Notes under the pieces: generated by a model
Told to the model about the DNA's origin: nothing
Seen by the model: the letters and a program-made list of their open reading frames with translations, nothing else
Databases searched by the model: none
Program-made: the position numbers and the translations under genes
In this document: in pieces, positions 28,151 to 37,420 of the stretch
How the letters are laid out: every line of letters begins with the position of its first letter
Numbering within the stretch: position 1 is the first letter of the stretch
Assembly: GCA_013203785.1 (NCBI GenBank)
Contig: JABMPJ010000110.1
Location: forward strand, 3,344-67,343
DNA: 64,000 bases
Reading direction: 5' to 3'
From: Lentisphaerota bacterium
Lineage (GTDB): Bacteria > Verrucomicrobiota > Kiritimatiellia > UBA8416 > JABMPJ01

Positions 28151-29107
28151 ATGAATGATCAGGACGGTGCTGTAGAGCCCTACGACGAAAATGCGACAGA
28201 CGTAGGAGATCCCGGAACGGTGCCTCCGAAGATCGAGGAGCCGGAGACCGAAGCGTCTCAAGAATCAACTGCCGCCAAGACGAAAAACATGTTGGGCTCC
28301 ATGGGCGATTACTTTTCGTCCGCTCGCTTCAACCCCCTCGCTGTGGTGGACCTGTTGGATGACGTGATCGACTGGGCACGCCGGGTTTTTCCGATGGAGA
28401 CATTCGACGGGCTCGCCTCAGCGCTCGTCAAATACGGGCACTTGGCGCTGATTGTGGCCGAAATTTCCTGTGTCGTTCTCGGCCTTACGGCGGCGATCAA
28501 GCTCGGCAACTGGCGCCTCCTCCCGGCTGGCGTGGGGGTCGGTCTGCTCCTTGTGATCCTGCAGTATACGGCCAGCCGCTTTATGGATGCGGGACAGCGA
28601 CTGCTGGACAGCTCGCCCAGCCGCCTTGGGTCGACGGCCTTCATGGACTGCCTGGCCCTGCTCATGGAAGTCATTGGAATCTGCCTCTTTTTCACCTACT
28701 GGATCCAAAGCGGATGGGGCGGTTTTTTTGTGGGACTCACCATGTGGGCGCTGTGCGACGCGATCGCCTATGTCGCCCTTCATCCGGCCATGGTCAACAT
28801 CGAGGTCGGCGGCGAGGTGCGCGCCGGTGAAGAAGCGATCGGTATTATGTCCCTCGGCGTTAAGACCATCGTACGACTCGTCCCTATGGCCTTTGGCATT
28901 GGGGCCATCCTGGGCACGGTGGCCCTTATCGTCGGCACCTTCGGATTGATGAAGAGTGGTGATCCTGATAGCGCCCTGTTGGCCCTGCGCCTGATTGCGC
29001 TCTGCGTACTGTTTCCCTTCTTGAGCTATATTCTTTTCGCCTTCTACCACCTCCTGATCGACTTGCTGCGCGCCATCCTGGTGTTGCCGCAGACTTTGGA
29101 TAAATAG
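28151..29107 (+). CDS. Multi-pass membrane protein of unknown function
   Basis: GGAGG RBS, acidic disordered N-terminus, about 7 hydrophobic segments; 13 nt upstream of ugd. Confidence 0.7.
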   Translation: MNDQDGAVEPYDENATDVGDPGTVPPKIEEPETEASQESTAAKTKNMLGSMGDYFSSARFNPLAVVDLLDDVIDWARRVFPMETFDGLASALVKYGHLALIVAEISCVVLGLTAAIKLGNWRLLPAGVGVGLLLVILQYTASRFMDAGQRLLDSSPSRLGSTAFMDCLALLMEVIGICLFFTYWIQSGWGGFFVGLTMWALCDAIAYVALHPAMVNIEVGGEVRAGEEAIGIMSLGVKTIVRLVPMAFGIGAILGTVALIVGTFGLMKSGDPDSALLALRLIALCVLFPFLSYILFAFYHLLIDLLRAILVLPQTLDK

Positions 29108-29120
29108 GAACATTCCACAT

Positions 29121-30425
29121 ATGAAGATTACGATTGTTGGAACCGGCTATGTCGGCCTGGTGACGGGGACCACCTTTGCAGAGATTGGGCATGACGTCCT
29201 GTGCATCGACAACGACGCCAAGAAAATCGGCAAACTAGAAGCTGGCGTCATGCCCATCTACGAAGAGGGACTCGAAGCGATGGTCACGGCCAATGTCGCG
29301 GCCGGGCGCCTTAAGTTTTCCACGTCCATCGCCGAGGGCACCGCGTTCGCTGAGGTCATCTTCATCGCGGTCGGCACCCCTCCGGGCTATCAGGGCGAGG
29401 CCAACATGTCCTACGTGGAGAGCGTGGGTCGCGAAGTGGCCGAACATATGACGACCTATCGGCTGCTGGTCGAGAAGAGCACGGTCATTGTCAACACCAA
29501 CGAGCAGCTCACCCGGACGATGAACAAGTACCTCAAAGGGGACATCCCCTTTGATATTGCCTCCAACCCCGAGTTCCTGCGCGAGGGCTCCGCGATCAAG
29601 GATGCCTTCAAACCCGACCGCGTCGTGGTGGGTGTCGAAAGCGACCGCGCCGGTGATCTCCTGCGCGAGATTTACGCCCCTATCGTGGAACGCAGCGGTT
29701 GTGAGTATCTACAGATGGATATCGCCAGCGCCGAGCTTACCAAGCATGCCTCCAACTCCTTCCTGGCCATGAAGATCTCCTTCATCAACGCCGTCAGCCG
29801 GATCTGTGAGCTGACCGGGGCCGATATCACGAAGGTCGCGCACGGCATGGGCCTCGACGCGCGCATCGGCACCCATTTTCTCAACGCAGGCGTCGGCTAT
29901 GGTGGCTCCTGCTTCCCCAAGGACGTCGATGCCTTTGTTCGTATGGGCGACGAAGTGGGCTACAGCCTCGACCTTCTGAAGGAGGTCCAGCGCATCAACG
30001 TTCAACAGCGTGAACATGTCATGCGCAAGCTCAAACAGGAGATGTGGGTGCTACAAGATAAGCGGGTGGCTGTGTTTGGTCTCGCCTTCAAGCCGGGCAC
30101 CGATGATATCCGCGAATCACCCTCCCTCTACTTCGTGCCGCAATTGATCGAGCAGAAGGCCCAGCTTTCGCTGTGGGACCCGATCGCACGCGAGAAATTC
30201 GACGAAGAGTTCCCGGGCTTGACGTACGACGACGATCTGCTTGCCTGCGCCAAGGATGCCGATGTGCTGCTGATCCTGACCGATTGGCCCGAGATCCGCG
30301 CCCTCGACCTGGCGGCTTTGAAAGCCACGATGCGTTGCCCCATCATCATCGACGGGCGCAACATCTTCGACGTCGCCCAAATGGCCGAACTTGGATTCAC
30401 CTACCATTCGGTGGGAAGAGAGTAG
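29121..30425 (+). CDS. ugd: UDP-glucose 6-dehydrogenase
   Basis: GTGYVGL, NPEFLREG, GYGGSCFPKD (catalytic Cys) and FKPGTDDIRESP. Confidence 0.95.
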   Translation: MKITIVGTGYVGLVTGTTFAEIGHDVLCIDNDAKKIGKLEAGVMPIYEEGLEAMVTANVAAGRLKFSTSIAEGTAFAEVIFIAVGTPPGYQGEANMSYVESVGREVAEHMTTYRLLVEKSTVIVNTNEQLTRTMNKYLKGDIPFDIASNPEFLREGSAIKDAFKPDRVVVGVESDRAGDLLREIYAPIVERSGCEYLQMDIASAELTKHASNSFLAMKISFINAVSRICELTGADITKVAHGMGLDARIGTHFLNAGVGYGGSCFPKDVDAFVRMGDEVGYSLDLLKEVQRINVQQREHVMRKLKQEMWVLQDKRVAVFGLAFKPGTDDIRESPSLYFVPQLIEQKAQLSLWDPIAREKFDEEFPGLTYDDDLLACAKDADVLLILTDWPEIRALDLAALKATMRCPIIIDGRNIFDVAQMAELGFTYHSVGRE

Positions 30426-30434
30426 ATTCAAGGG

Positions 30435-30463
30435 TTGACCTCCTCTTGCAAGCACGGCATCAT
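30435..30463 (+). promoter_or_regulatory. Putative sigma70 promoter of rpsU
   Basis: TTGACC-N17-CATCAT. Confidence 0.45.
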
Positions 30464-30544
30464 GCGCGTTCGTCTTTGACTGATGGACCCGTTTTGCTGT
30501 CAACCGGGGTTCTGGTCTGGAAGGGAGCGTGATTAGAGACTGTT

Positions 30545-30724
30545 ATGCAAGTAAAAGTAAAACGGGGAGAACCCGTCGAAAAGGCCCTCAAGCGGCTTAA
30601 AAAAGTCATGGATAAAGAGGGCGTGATGAAGCAGCTTCGCGCCAACCGCTTCTTTGAGAAACCCAGCGAGAAAAAACGCAAGAAATCAGCACGCGCCCGT
30701 TCACGGGCGGCGCAGGATAGCTAG
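30545..30724 (+). CDS. rpsU: 30S ribosomal protein bS21, 59 aa; absent from the ORF track
   Basis: Manual translation MQVKVKRGEPVEKALKRLKKVMDKEGVMKQLRANRFFEKPSEKKRKKSARARSRAAQDS*. Confidence 0.95.
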   Translation: MQVKVKRGEPVEKALKRLKKVMDKEGVMKQLRANRFFEKPSEKKRKKSARARSRAAQDS

Positions 30725-30763
30725 TCCGTTGCTGCAGGCGTTTAACGTAGTGAATTCCAATAG

Positions 30764-30798
30764 GGCTCCTCGGCAGCAACTGTCGAGGAGCCTTTCTT
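30764..30798 (+). terminator. Intrinsic terminator after rpsU
   Basis: GGCTCCTCGGCAG-CAA-CTGTCGAGGAGCC stem followed by TTTCTT. Confidence 0.75.
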
Positions 30799-30811
30799 GT
30801 GAGCCCCCACA

Positions 30812-31753
30812 ATGAAGTTCTCAGTCTCCACCCACTGGAATGCCTTCGCGCACGATAGCGGCGAGGGCATTATTGACGACATCCTCGAGCTGGGACTGGA
30901 TACTGTCGAGCTGGGTTATGATCTGAGGATGGACCAGGTCCCCGGTATACGACGTCGCGTCGAGGAGGGCGCTGTGCGCGTCCGCAGTGTACACAACTAC
31001 TGCCCCACCCCGGTCGGGGCCATGCGCGGCCATCCCGAGATCTTCCTGATGAGCAGCGAAGATGAGCGCACGCGCAACAGCGCCGTGCTCCACATCAGCA
31101 ACACGATTCAATTTGCAGCCGAGCTCGGTGCCGAGGTCGTCGTCGTCCACGCTGGCCGTGTCAGCATGCGCCATCTTTCTTCCAAGCTGCTGCGCCTTTA
31201 CGCCGACGGCGAGCAGTATTCCAAGCGCTATGAGAAGATGCGTACCAAGCTATTCATGAAACGAGAGAAGCTCGCCGCTGGCTGCCTGGAGCGCATCACA
31301 GGCTGCCTGACCGAACTGCTGCCCTTCCTTGAAAAGCACAATATCCGTATGGGGATCGAAAATCTGCCATCGTGGGAGGTGGTCCCCAATGAGTCGGAAC
31401 TGATGCAGCTCATGGAAACATTTGACTCTCCGCACATTTGCGCCTGGCACGATACTGGACATGGTCGCCTGCGTGAAATCCTGGGGTTCTCCAGCGCCAC
31501 GCGCTGGCTGGAGAAGTATGGTTCGCGCTTGACTGGCATGCACATTCACGATGTATCGGCCGCCGGCCAGGACCACGTCATGCCGCCCCTAGGCACCATG
31601 GATTTTACGGCTTTCAAGCCCTTTATCCGCTCTGATATGGTGCTGGCCTTTGAGCCCGCTCCAGGCACCCCGGCCGCCGAGGTAAGCGAAGGACTTCGCA
31701 TTGTGGGCGAGGCATGGCGTGACGACAGCAGTGCAGGAGAAGAAGAGCGATGA
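30812..31753 (+). CDS. Sugar phosphate isomerase/epimerase (xylose-isomerase-like TIM barrel)
   Basis: SVHN, VVVHAG, IEN, HDTGH, HIHD and FEP metal-site motifs. Confidence 0.8.
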   Translation: MKFSVSTHWNAFAHDSGEGIIDDILELGLDTVELGYDLRMDQVPGIRRRVEEGAVRVRSVHNYCPTPVGAMRGHPEIFLMSSEDERTRNSAVLHISNTIQFAAELGAEVVVVHAGRVSMRHLSSKLLRLYADGEQYSKRYEKMRTKLFMKREKLAAGCLERITGCLTELLPFLEKHNIRMGIENLPSWEVVPNESELMQLMETFDSPHICAWHDTGHGRLREILGFSSATRWLEKYGSRLTGMHIHDVSAAGQDHVMPPLGTMDFTAFKPFIRSDMVLAFEPAPGTPAAEVSEGLRIVGEAWRDDSSAGEEER

Positions 31754-32685
31754 AGGTGCTGATTACCGGTGCGGCTGGCTTCGTGGGGAAACACCTCATT
31801 CATGAGCTGAGGGCCCACAACCACAACTGTATCGCTTCTGACCGAGTAATCGTGAACCCCGTAGCAGGTGCCATGTCCAACGAAGCCGTGGATATCTGCG
31901 ACGGCACGGCCGTGAATGAACTCATCGCGCGTACGCAGCCCGATGCCTGCATCCACATGGCCGGCATCACCTCTGTGAACGAAGGCGCGGTCAACCCCGA
32001 CCTCATGCTCGCGGTCAACGTGCGCGGCACCACCAACCTGCTCGACGCGATCCGCGTCCATGCGCCTGAGACCCGCCTGCTCACGACCTCGACGGCACAC
32101 GTCTACGGCACCCCTCCGCGCGATCAGGCCTTGACCGAACATTCCCCACTCGCACCACTGAGCATGTATGCCATTTCCAAAGCCGCGGCCGATTTGGCGA
32201 CACTGGCCTACGCCAACCACTTCGGTCTACAGGCCATGGTTGCGCGCCCTAACAATCACACCGGGCCAGGACAACAGACCCGTTTTGTGGTGGCCGCCTT
32301 CGCCCAACAGGTGCGAGATATTGCGGTGGGTGCGAGCGAACCGGTGATCCGGGTGGGCAATCTTGAGAGCGAGCGCAACTTCACCGATGTACGCGATGTC
32401 GTCAGAGCCTACCGGCTCCTGATTGAGGCCGGAGAGCCCGGTCAGGCCTACAACGTCTCATCCCAACACACCGAACGGATCGGCGATATGCTCAAGAAGC
32501 TCTGCCGCATGGGGGGCGTCTCTCCCCGCTTCGACAGCGACCCGGATCTGGTCCGGCCGACCGACTGGTCACCGCGTCTGGACACCACGCGCTTGGAACA
32601 GGTCACGGGCTGGAAGCCTGAAATCAGCTTTGAAGAGACGCTGCAGGACATGCTGAACGTGACGCAAAAGAAGACGCAACCATGA
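31750..32685 (+). CDS. NAD(P)-dependent epimerase/dehydratase, Rmd/GDP-sugar reductase-like
   Basis: TGAAGFVG, YAISK (YxxxK), NHTGPGQ and GNLESERNFTDVRDVV.AY. Confidence 0.85.
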   Translation: MKVLITGAAGFVGKHLIHELRAHNHNCIASDRVIVNPVAGAMSNEAVDICDGTAVNELIARTQPDACIHMAGITSVNEGAVNPDLMLAVNVRGTTNLLDAIRVHAPETRLLTTSTAHVYGTPPRDQALTEHSPLAPLSMYAISKAAADLATLAYANHFGLQAMVARPNNHTGPGQQTRFVVAAFAQQVRDIAVGASEPVIRVGNLESERNFTDVRDVVRAYRLLIEAGEPGQAYNVSSQHTERIGDMLKKLCRMGGVSPRFDSDPDLVRPTDWSPRLDTTRLEQVTGWKPEISFEETLQDMLNVTQKKTQP

Positions 32686-33683
32686 AAAAGAAGATCGGAT
32701 CACTCCTACAACTCGTGATCGGCGTGGGCCTGATCGTCTTCATCTTTGCCCGCATGGATAACCGGGCGGATATGATCGAGGCCTTGCGCACCGGCGCACG
32801 CCACTGGCCCATGATGGTCCTGGGTATTGGCGGGTTCTTCTTCTGCCTTCTGCTCTGCATGATCCGCTGGAAGCTGCTCCTCGATGCGCGCGGCATGCGG
32901 CTCTCCTTCGGGCGCATTTTTCAGCTCTACTTTGTGGGCCATTTTTTCAACTCCTTCATGTTTGGCTCCACTGGCGGCGATGTGGTCAAGGCGTGGTTCG
33001 TCACGCGCGAGATGCCTGACCGCAAAACGGAGGCAGTCGCCACCGTCTTTCTTGATCGTCTCATCGGCCTCTCTGCGCTGGTGATTCTGACCGTGACCAT
33101 CATGTTGATCCGTCTTCCTTTCTTCCTCGCGCATGAGGCCACACGATGGTCGCTGGTTTTCTTCGGTGGCCTGCTGCTGGGGATGATTGGCTTTCTGGCC
33201 GTCACCTTTGGTCACAACTGGCTGGAGCAGTGGAGCTTCTTCAAACGGATAGAGGAGCGCACGGCTCTGGGTGCCATCATCACGAAAGCCTACACCACGA
33301 TCCGCGAATGCATGAAGCAGCCCGCGCTTCTGGCCAAGACGCTCATCATCTCGATTGTCAACCATCTGATTCTAATCTGTTGCGCCTACTTCCTGGGACG
33401 CGGACTGGAGATCGACCTCAATCTGATCGGCTATCTAACCGTGTTTCCGGTCATCAATGCCGTGGCCGCGATACCGGCCACGCCGGGTGGTCTGGGCACG
33501 CGCGAGACCGCTGCCATATTTCTTCTGGGCGTCCTGGGAGTACCCGAAACGCGGGCCGTTCCGCTCTCGCTGCTGGTCTATGGTGCCGTCCTCTTCTGGA
33601 GTCTTTTCGGGGGCATTATATACATGATCTATGTAGCCCAGCATGGCAAACGCGTGGGGGATATGTCAGAGGGCGGCGAGTAG
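32682..33683 (+). CDS. Lysylphosphatidylglycerol-synthase TM / flippase-like (UPF0104) membrane protein
   Basis: RWKLLL, GHFFNSF..GSTGGDVVKA, DRLIGL and PATPGGLGTRE. Confidence 0.85.
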   Translation: MKKKIGSLLQLVIGVGLIVFIFARMDNRADMIEALRTGARHWPMMVLGIGGFFFCLLLCMIRWKLLLDARGMRLSFGRIFQLYFVGHFFNSFMFGSTGGDVVKAWFVTREMPDRKTEAVATVFLDRLIGLSALVILTVTIMLIRLPFFLAHEATRWSLVFFGGLLLGMIGFLAVTFGHNWLEQWSFFKRIEERTALGAIITKAYTTIRECMKQPALLAKTLIISIVNHLILICCAYFLGRGLEIDLNLIGYLTVFPVINAVAAIPATPGGLGTRETAAIFLLGVLGVPETRAVPLSLLVYGAVLFWSLFGGIIYMIYVAQHGKRVGDMSEGGE

Positions 33684-34973
33684 CGCCGCCGCAAGTGCTG
33701 GCAGGCCAGGGTCGCGTGCTCCCATCACGAGCAGGCTGTCACCTTCACGCGCCTCCGCTGCGATCCACGCCGGCAGGGCGGCGGGCTCCAGAACCAGCGC
33801 AGGTGCAGTCCCAGTCTCACGCATGCGCTCAACCAACATTTCAGAGGACACCGAGCGATCCGCTGTTCCGCCCGCATCAAAGACCGGCAGAAGAACCAAC
33901 CTGTCGCCGTCCCCACACAGCGCGTTGAACGTTTCGGACAGAGCCTCCATCATCAACCTGAGCGGACCGTAGCCGTGTGGCCGCCAGACGGCCAATACCC
34001 GCCCTCCGCCCTGGCGCACGGCCTGCCACGCCGCCGTGATTTTGGCCGGGTTGTGCGCATAGTCATCGAAGACCCGAATCCCGCGGGCCTTGCCTACGCA
34101 CTCCAGACGACGATGCAATCCGGGAAAACTGGCCAAGGCCAACGCCACCCGATCGAGCGGACAACCCATTCGCTCACACAGCCGCACCGCCAACCAGGCA
34201 TTGGCACCATTGTGACGGCCGGGCAACGGGATGGTGAAGGCATGATCAGCATAGCAGAATGTGCTCGATCCGGCATGGACCTCGGGATCGAACCCATCCA
34301 TTAGCACCGGATCATCCACCACGCTAACAGCACCGACTGCCGCACGCCGCGCGAAGAGGCGAAAGAGGGCCCGAGCCTCATCGACGCCAAAATGGTCCTC
34401 GGAGACGTTGGTGACTACGCCCCAGTCGAAGGTATAGGCGTTGAGCGTGCGGTCGCTCTCATCGGCCTCGATCACCCAGAGATTCGAGGCCCCCATCCGC
34501 ACATTACCTACGCGGTTCGCCGCCCGCCAGGCGGGAACGATGGCCCCATTGACGACAGTGGGATCGAGTCCCAATTCCTGAAACACCCACCCGATCATGC
34601 CTGTGACCGTGCTCTTACCCGACGTACCAGTGATGGCGACTACATGCTTACCCTCAAGGCAGGCGGCCAATACATCGGAGCGATGCTGCACGGCCACCCC
34701 GTGACGCTGGGCGGCGAGGAGAGCCGGGTTGTCCGCTTCTATCGCGGTACTGTGTATGACCCGTGCCGTCGCGGGCGTAATGGCCGCCCCATCCTGCGGG
34801 ACGAGTTCAACGCCGGCCGCAGCCAGAGCGCTGCATATCTCGGAGGAATCGCCATCATCCCGACAGCGGTCGGATCCCGTGACTCGATCCCCGCGTGCCA
34901 GAAGCAGCTGTGCGAGCGCACTCATCCCGATGCCGGCCACACCCACCACATGGCTATGCTGCGCTTCGTTCAT
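33666..34973 (-). CDS. murC: UDP-N-acetylmuramate--L-alanine ligase-like (MurC/Mpl family)
   Basis: GVAGIGMSALA, GSD, GTSGKST, EADESD, PGRHN, RRLE and DDYAHNP. Confidence 0.75.
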   Translation of the reverse strand: MNEAQHSHVVGVAGIGMSALAQLLLARGDRVTGSDRCRDDGDSSEICSALAAAGVELVPQDGAAITPATARVIHSTAIEADNPALLAAQRHGVAVQHRSDVLAACLEGKHVVAITGTSGKSTVTGMIGWVFQELGLDPTVVNGAIVPAWRAANRVGNVRMGASNLWVIEADESDRTLNAYTFDWGVVTNVSEDHFGVDEARALFRLFARRAAVGAVSVVDDPVLMDGFDPEVHAGSSTFCYADHAFTIPLPGRHNGANAWLAVRLCERMGCPLDRVALALASFPGLHRRLECVGKARGIRVFDDYAHNPAKITAAWQAVRQGGGRVLAVWRPHGYGPLRLMMEALSETFNALCGDGDRLVLLPVFDAGGTADRSVSSEMLVERMRETGTAPALVLEPAALPAWIAAEAREGDSLLVMGARDPGLPALAAALLAAL

Positions 34974-35019
34974 GCATGGAACTATAGCAAGAGATCACGC
35001 GATAACAACAGCGGGACCT

Positions 35020-35763
35020 TTAGAACCGATAGGTCGCGGAGAGCGATGCGTGCAGGCGGTCGCCGAAACCAGCTTCGAGATCGATCAACCAGTGCGCATT
35101 CAGACCGGTGGCGATACCCACCGCGCCATTCCAGCTCTCTTTCTGCTCAAACTCAACCTTGTAGTCGACCATGCCAAAGACAGGAACCGTGATGTTGCCC
35201 TCATGTCGCTCCTCCGCCTGCTGGAACATACCGCCGACCCAGACTGCGCCGTAGCGACCAGCCCACCCCAGTCTGGGCTCGACGATCCAGACCTTCACGC
35301 TGGATGTGCTCGTATCCAACTCCGTCTCCATCATGGCCGCGGTGAGCGAGAGAAACCATGCATCCCATCCGCCCGCTAGTGTAATACCCCCACCGTAGAC
35401 CACGCCATCGTAGTCGACCGAGAGTCCCGGAATGAGATCCGTCTCCACGTCTGTGGTTCCATCTACGCGCCCCAAAATCCCGAAACAATTCAAAAAAGGG
35501 AGTACCCACACATCGAGCTTGAGATTGGTCTCTCTGACCTCGTTATCAATTAAGATGTTCTCAAGTGCCGCCAAGTCATCCGCAAGGACATTGACTTTGA
35601 GGCTGGTAAGGTTGTAGCCCTGGTTCTGATAGTAGTAATTCACCCCCACACCAAACGGGAGCGGTAGACGGTTGTCCGGGAGGACGGACGACGTCGTCAC
35701 CGGCTCAGATTGTGCTAGCGTGACGGCGCCCATCAGAAATAGAATCACTGCATACGGCCTCAT
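35020..35763 (-). CDS. Putative outer-membrane beta-barrel protein
   Basis: Signal peptide, alternating aromatic beta-strands (DVWVLPFLNCFG), C-terminal ATYRF. Confidence 0.7.
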   Translation of the reverse strand: MRPYAVILFLMGAVTLAQSEPVTTSSVLPDNRLPLPFGVGVNYYYQNQGYNLTSLKVNVLADDLAALENILIDNEVRETNLKLDVWVLPFLNCFGILGRVDGTTDVETDLIPGLSVDYDGVVYGGGITLAGGWDAWFLSLTAAMMETELDTSTSSVKVWIVEPRLGWAGRYGAVWVGGMFQQAEERHEGNITVPVFGMVDYKVEFEQKESWNGAVGIATGLNAHWLIDLEAGFGDRLHASLSATYRF

Positions 35764-35901
35764 GGTATCCCCCTTTCTTATAGCGTGAGCCTATCACAAT
35801 GCCACGGGCAGACCAGTGCGTTTTGGACTCTCTTCGGAAAAGGGCTTTCAGAATCGGCCGCACTTCGCTATACCTCACGCACGTCACAGAGGACACGGGC
35901 T

Positions 35902-36753
35902 ATGCTGGATTTGGGATTGATAGAGATAGCCGCCCGAATTGTGAGCGGAACCCTCATCGGGTTCTGCATCGGATTGACCGGCGTCGGCGGCGGCGTGTTG
36001 GTGATTCCGACCCTGACGCTGCTCTTTAAGCTTCCGCCATCCACCGCGGTGGGCACGGCTAGTCTGTATGCCTTCCTGACCAAGGTGGCCGCGACGGTCC
36101 ACCATTGCAGACTCAAAAACATTGCCGCACGAACGGCGGCGTGGTTTCTCGTGGGTGCCGTCCCAGCCACGATTACGATCGCGGCTCTAATCACGCGGAC
36201 GCTCGCTCGACTGGAGGGCGATTCTTCTGCCATACAGACGTTTCAGGGCAACCTGAGGCTTTTCATCGCCTGCCTCATCCTCCTTTCCTGCGTCATGCTC
36301 ATCGTCAACATGATCCGGGGCCTACGCCGTACGGACGAAGAGCGAGGCCCGAGTGGTTTGGCCGCCGCGATTGCGGTCCGGCCGGCCCTGCACAAGCAAC
36401 TGGCGATCGGACTCGGGGCTCTGGTCGGCGGACTCATCGGTGCCACCTCTGTAGGCGGCGGAGTCATCATGGTTCCATTGCTGATCTTTGTCTTCGGTCT
36501 CTCCTCCAGCCAAACAGTCGGGACCTCAATCCTAATTGCGGCCGTGCTGACACCGGTGACCTCGGCGATATACCTGATCGGTGGTGAGATCGATCTCGGA
36601 ACCGCCATCAGCATGGCGGCCGGTTCGATGGTCGGGGTGCCCTTCGGCAGTCGGCTCTCCGTACGCCTCCCCGAGAACACGCTCAAAGCCGTCGTCGTGG
36701 GTGTCGTGGTCGTGGCCGCACTTCTCATGCTCGCAGGCAACGGCAGCACCTGA
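35902..36753 (+). CDS. TauE/SafE family sulfite exporter (start ATG 35902)
   Basis: Duplicated GLTGVGGG / GATSVGGG halves, AVGT motifs and about 8 TM segments. Confidence 0.88.
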   Translation: MLDLGLIEIAARIVSGTLIGFCIGLTGVGGGVLVIPTLTLLFKLPPSTAVGTASLYAFLTKVAATVHHCRLKNIAARTAAWFLVGAVPATITIAALITRTLARLEGDSSAIQTFQGNLRLFIACLILLSCVMLIVNMIRGLRRTDEERGPSGLAAAIAVRPALHKQLAIGLGALVGGLIGATSVGGGVIMVPLLIFVFGLSSSQTVGTSILIAAVLTPVTSAIYLIGGEIDLGTAISMAAGSMVGVPFGSRLSVRLPENTLKAVVVGVVVVAALLMLAGNGST

Positions 36754-36859
36754 TATCCGAAGGGATACTCGTCACTCGATCCATCGCAGAGGGGGCAACC
36801 GTGGCCGGACGCACCTTAGTCGGTTGCGGACCGTGACTGACCCGGGGTGACGCGCGACG

Positions 36860-37306
36860 TCAGCAGGCGACTTTGATCACGATTTTGTGGAGGCGGCCCT
36901 CAGCCACCATCGGAGCATGCGCGTCAGCGGGATAGAAGATGGCGAACTGCCCGGTATTGACCTGCACCCAGCTATCCGGTCGGTCATCAAAGAACTGAAG
37001 ATCCTTCTCCGCATCGTAAGGGGCTGAGGGCTCCTGGCAGGTCCCACGCGGCTTCCAGCCCATGGTTTCGGGCCCAGTGAGCACCACCTGAATATCGATA
37101 TAGCGGTTGTGGACCTCCAGAGCGGCCTGATCTACAGGACGGCCAGCAGCACGCATCACCACGGCATAGAGAGTCTCGCCACTGATATCAAGACGCCCAT
37201 CAGGCAGCTCCGACAGGTCCGGACGGGCAAGAAAGCACACGGCATCTGCAAAGCGTGGGTGTAGGGCGGCGTAGTTTATCAACTGCGGAAGGTCATCGAG
37301 TATCAT
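36860..37306 (-). CDS. YhcH/YjgK/YiaL (NanQ-like) protein
   Basis: EVHNRYIDIQ, YDAEKD.QFF and FYPADAHAP motifs. Confidence 0.9.
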   Translation of the reverse strand: MILDDLPQLINYAALHPRFADAVCFLARPDLSELPDGRLDISGETLYAVVMRAAGRPVDQAALEVHNRYIDIQVVLTGPETMGWKPRGTCQEPSAPYDAEKDLQFFDDRPDSWVQVNTGQFAIFYPADAHAPMVAEGRLHKIVIKVAC

Positions 37307-37420
37307 GCGGCTTGTCCCTTTCTTTTGGCCATCATAACAGGCCGTAGAGGCCCTTCGTCAACACCCGAGCTACTGACATGCAACGCGGATTCAGCGGGGG
37401 CTTGATAGACGACGCGTATC

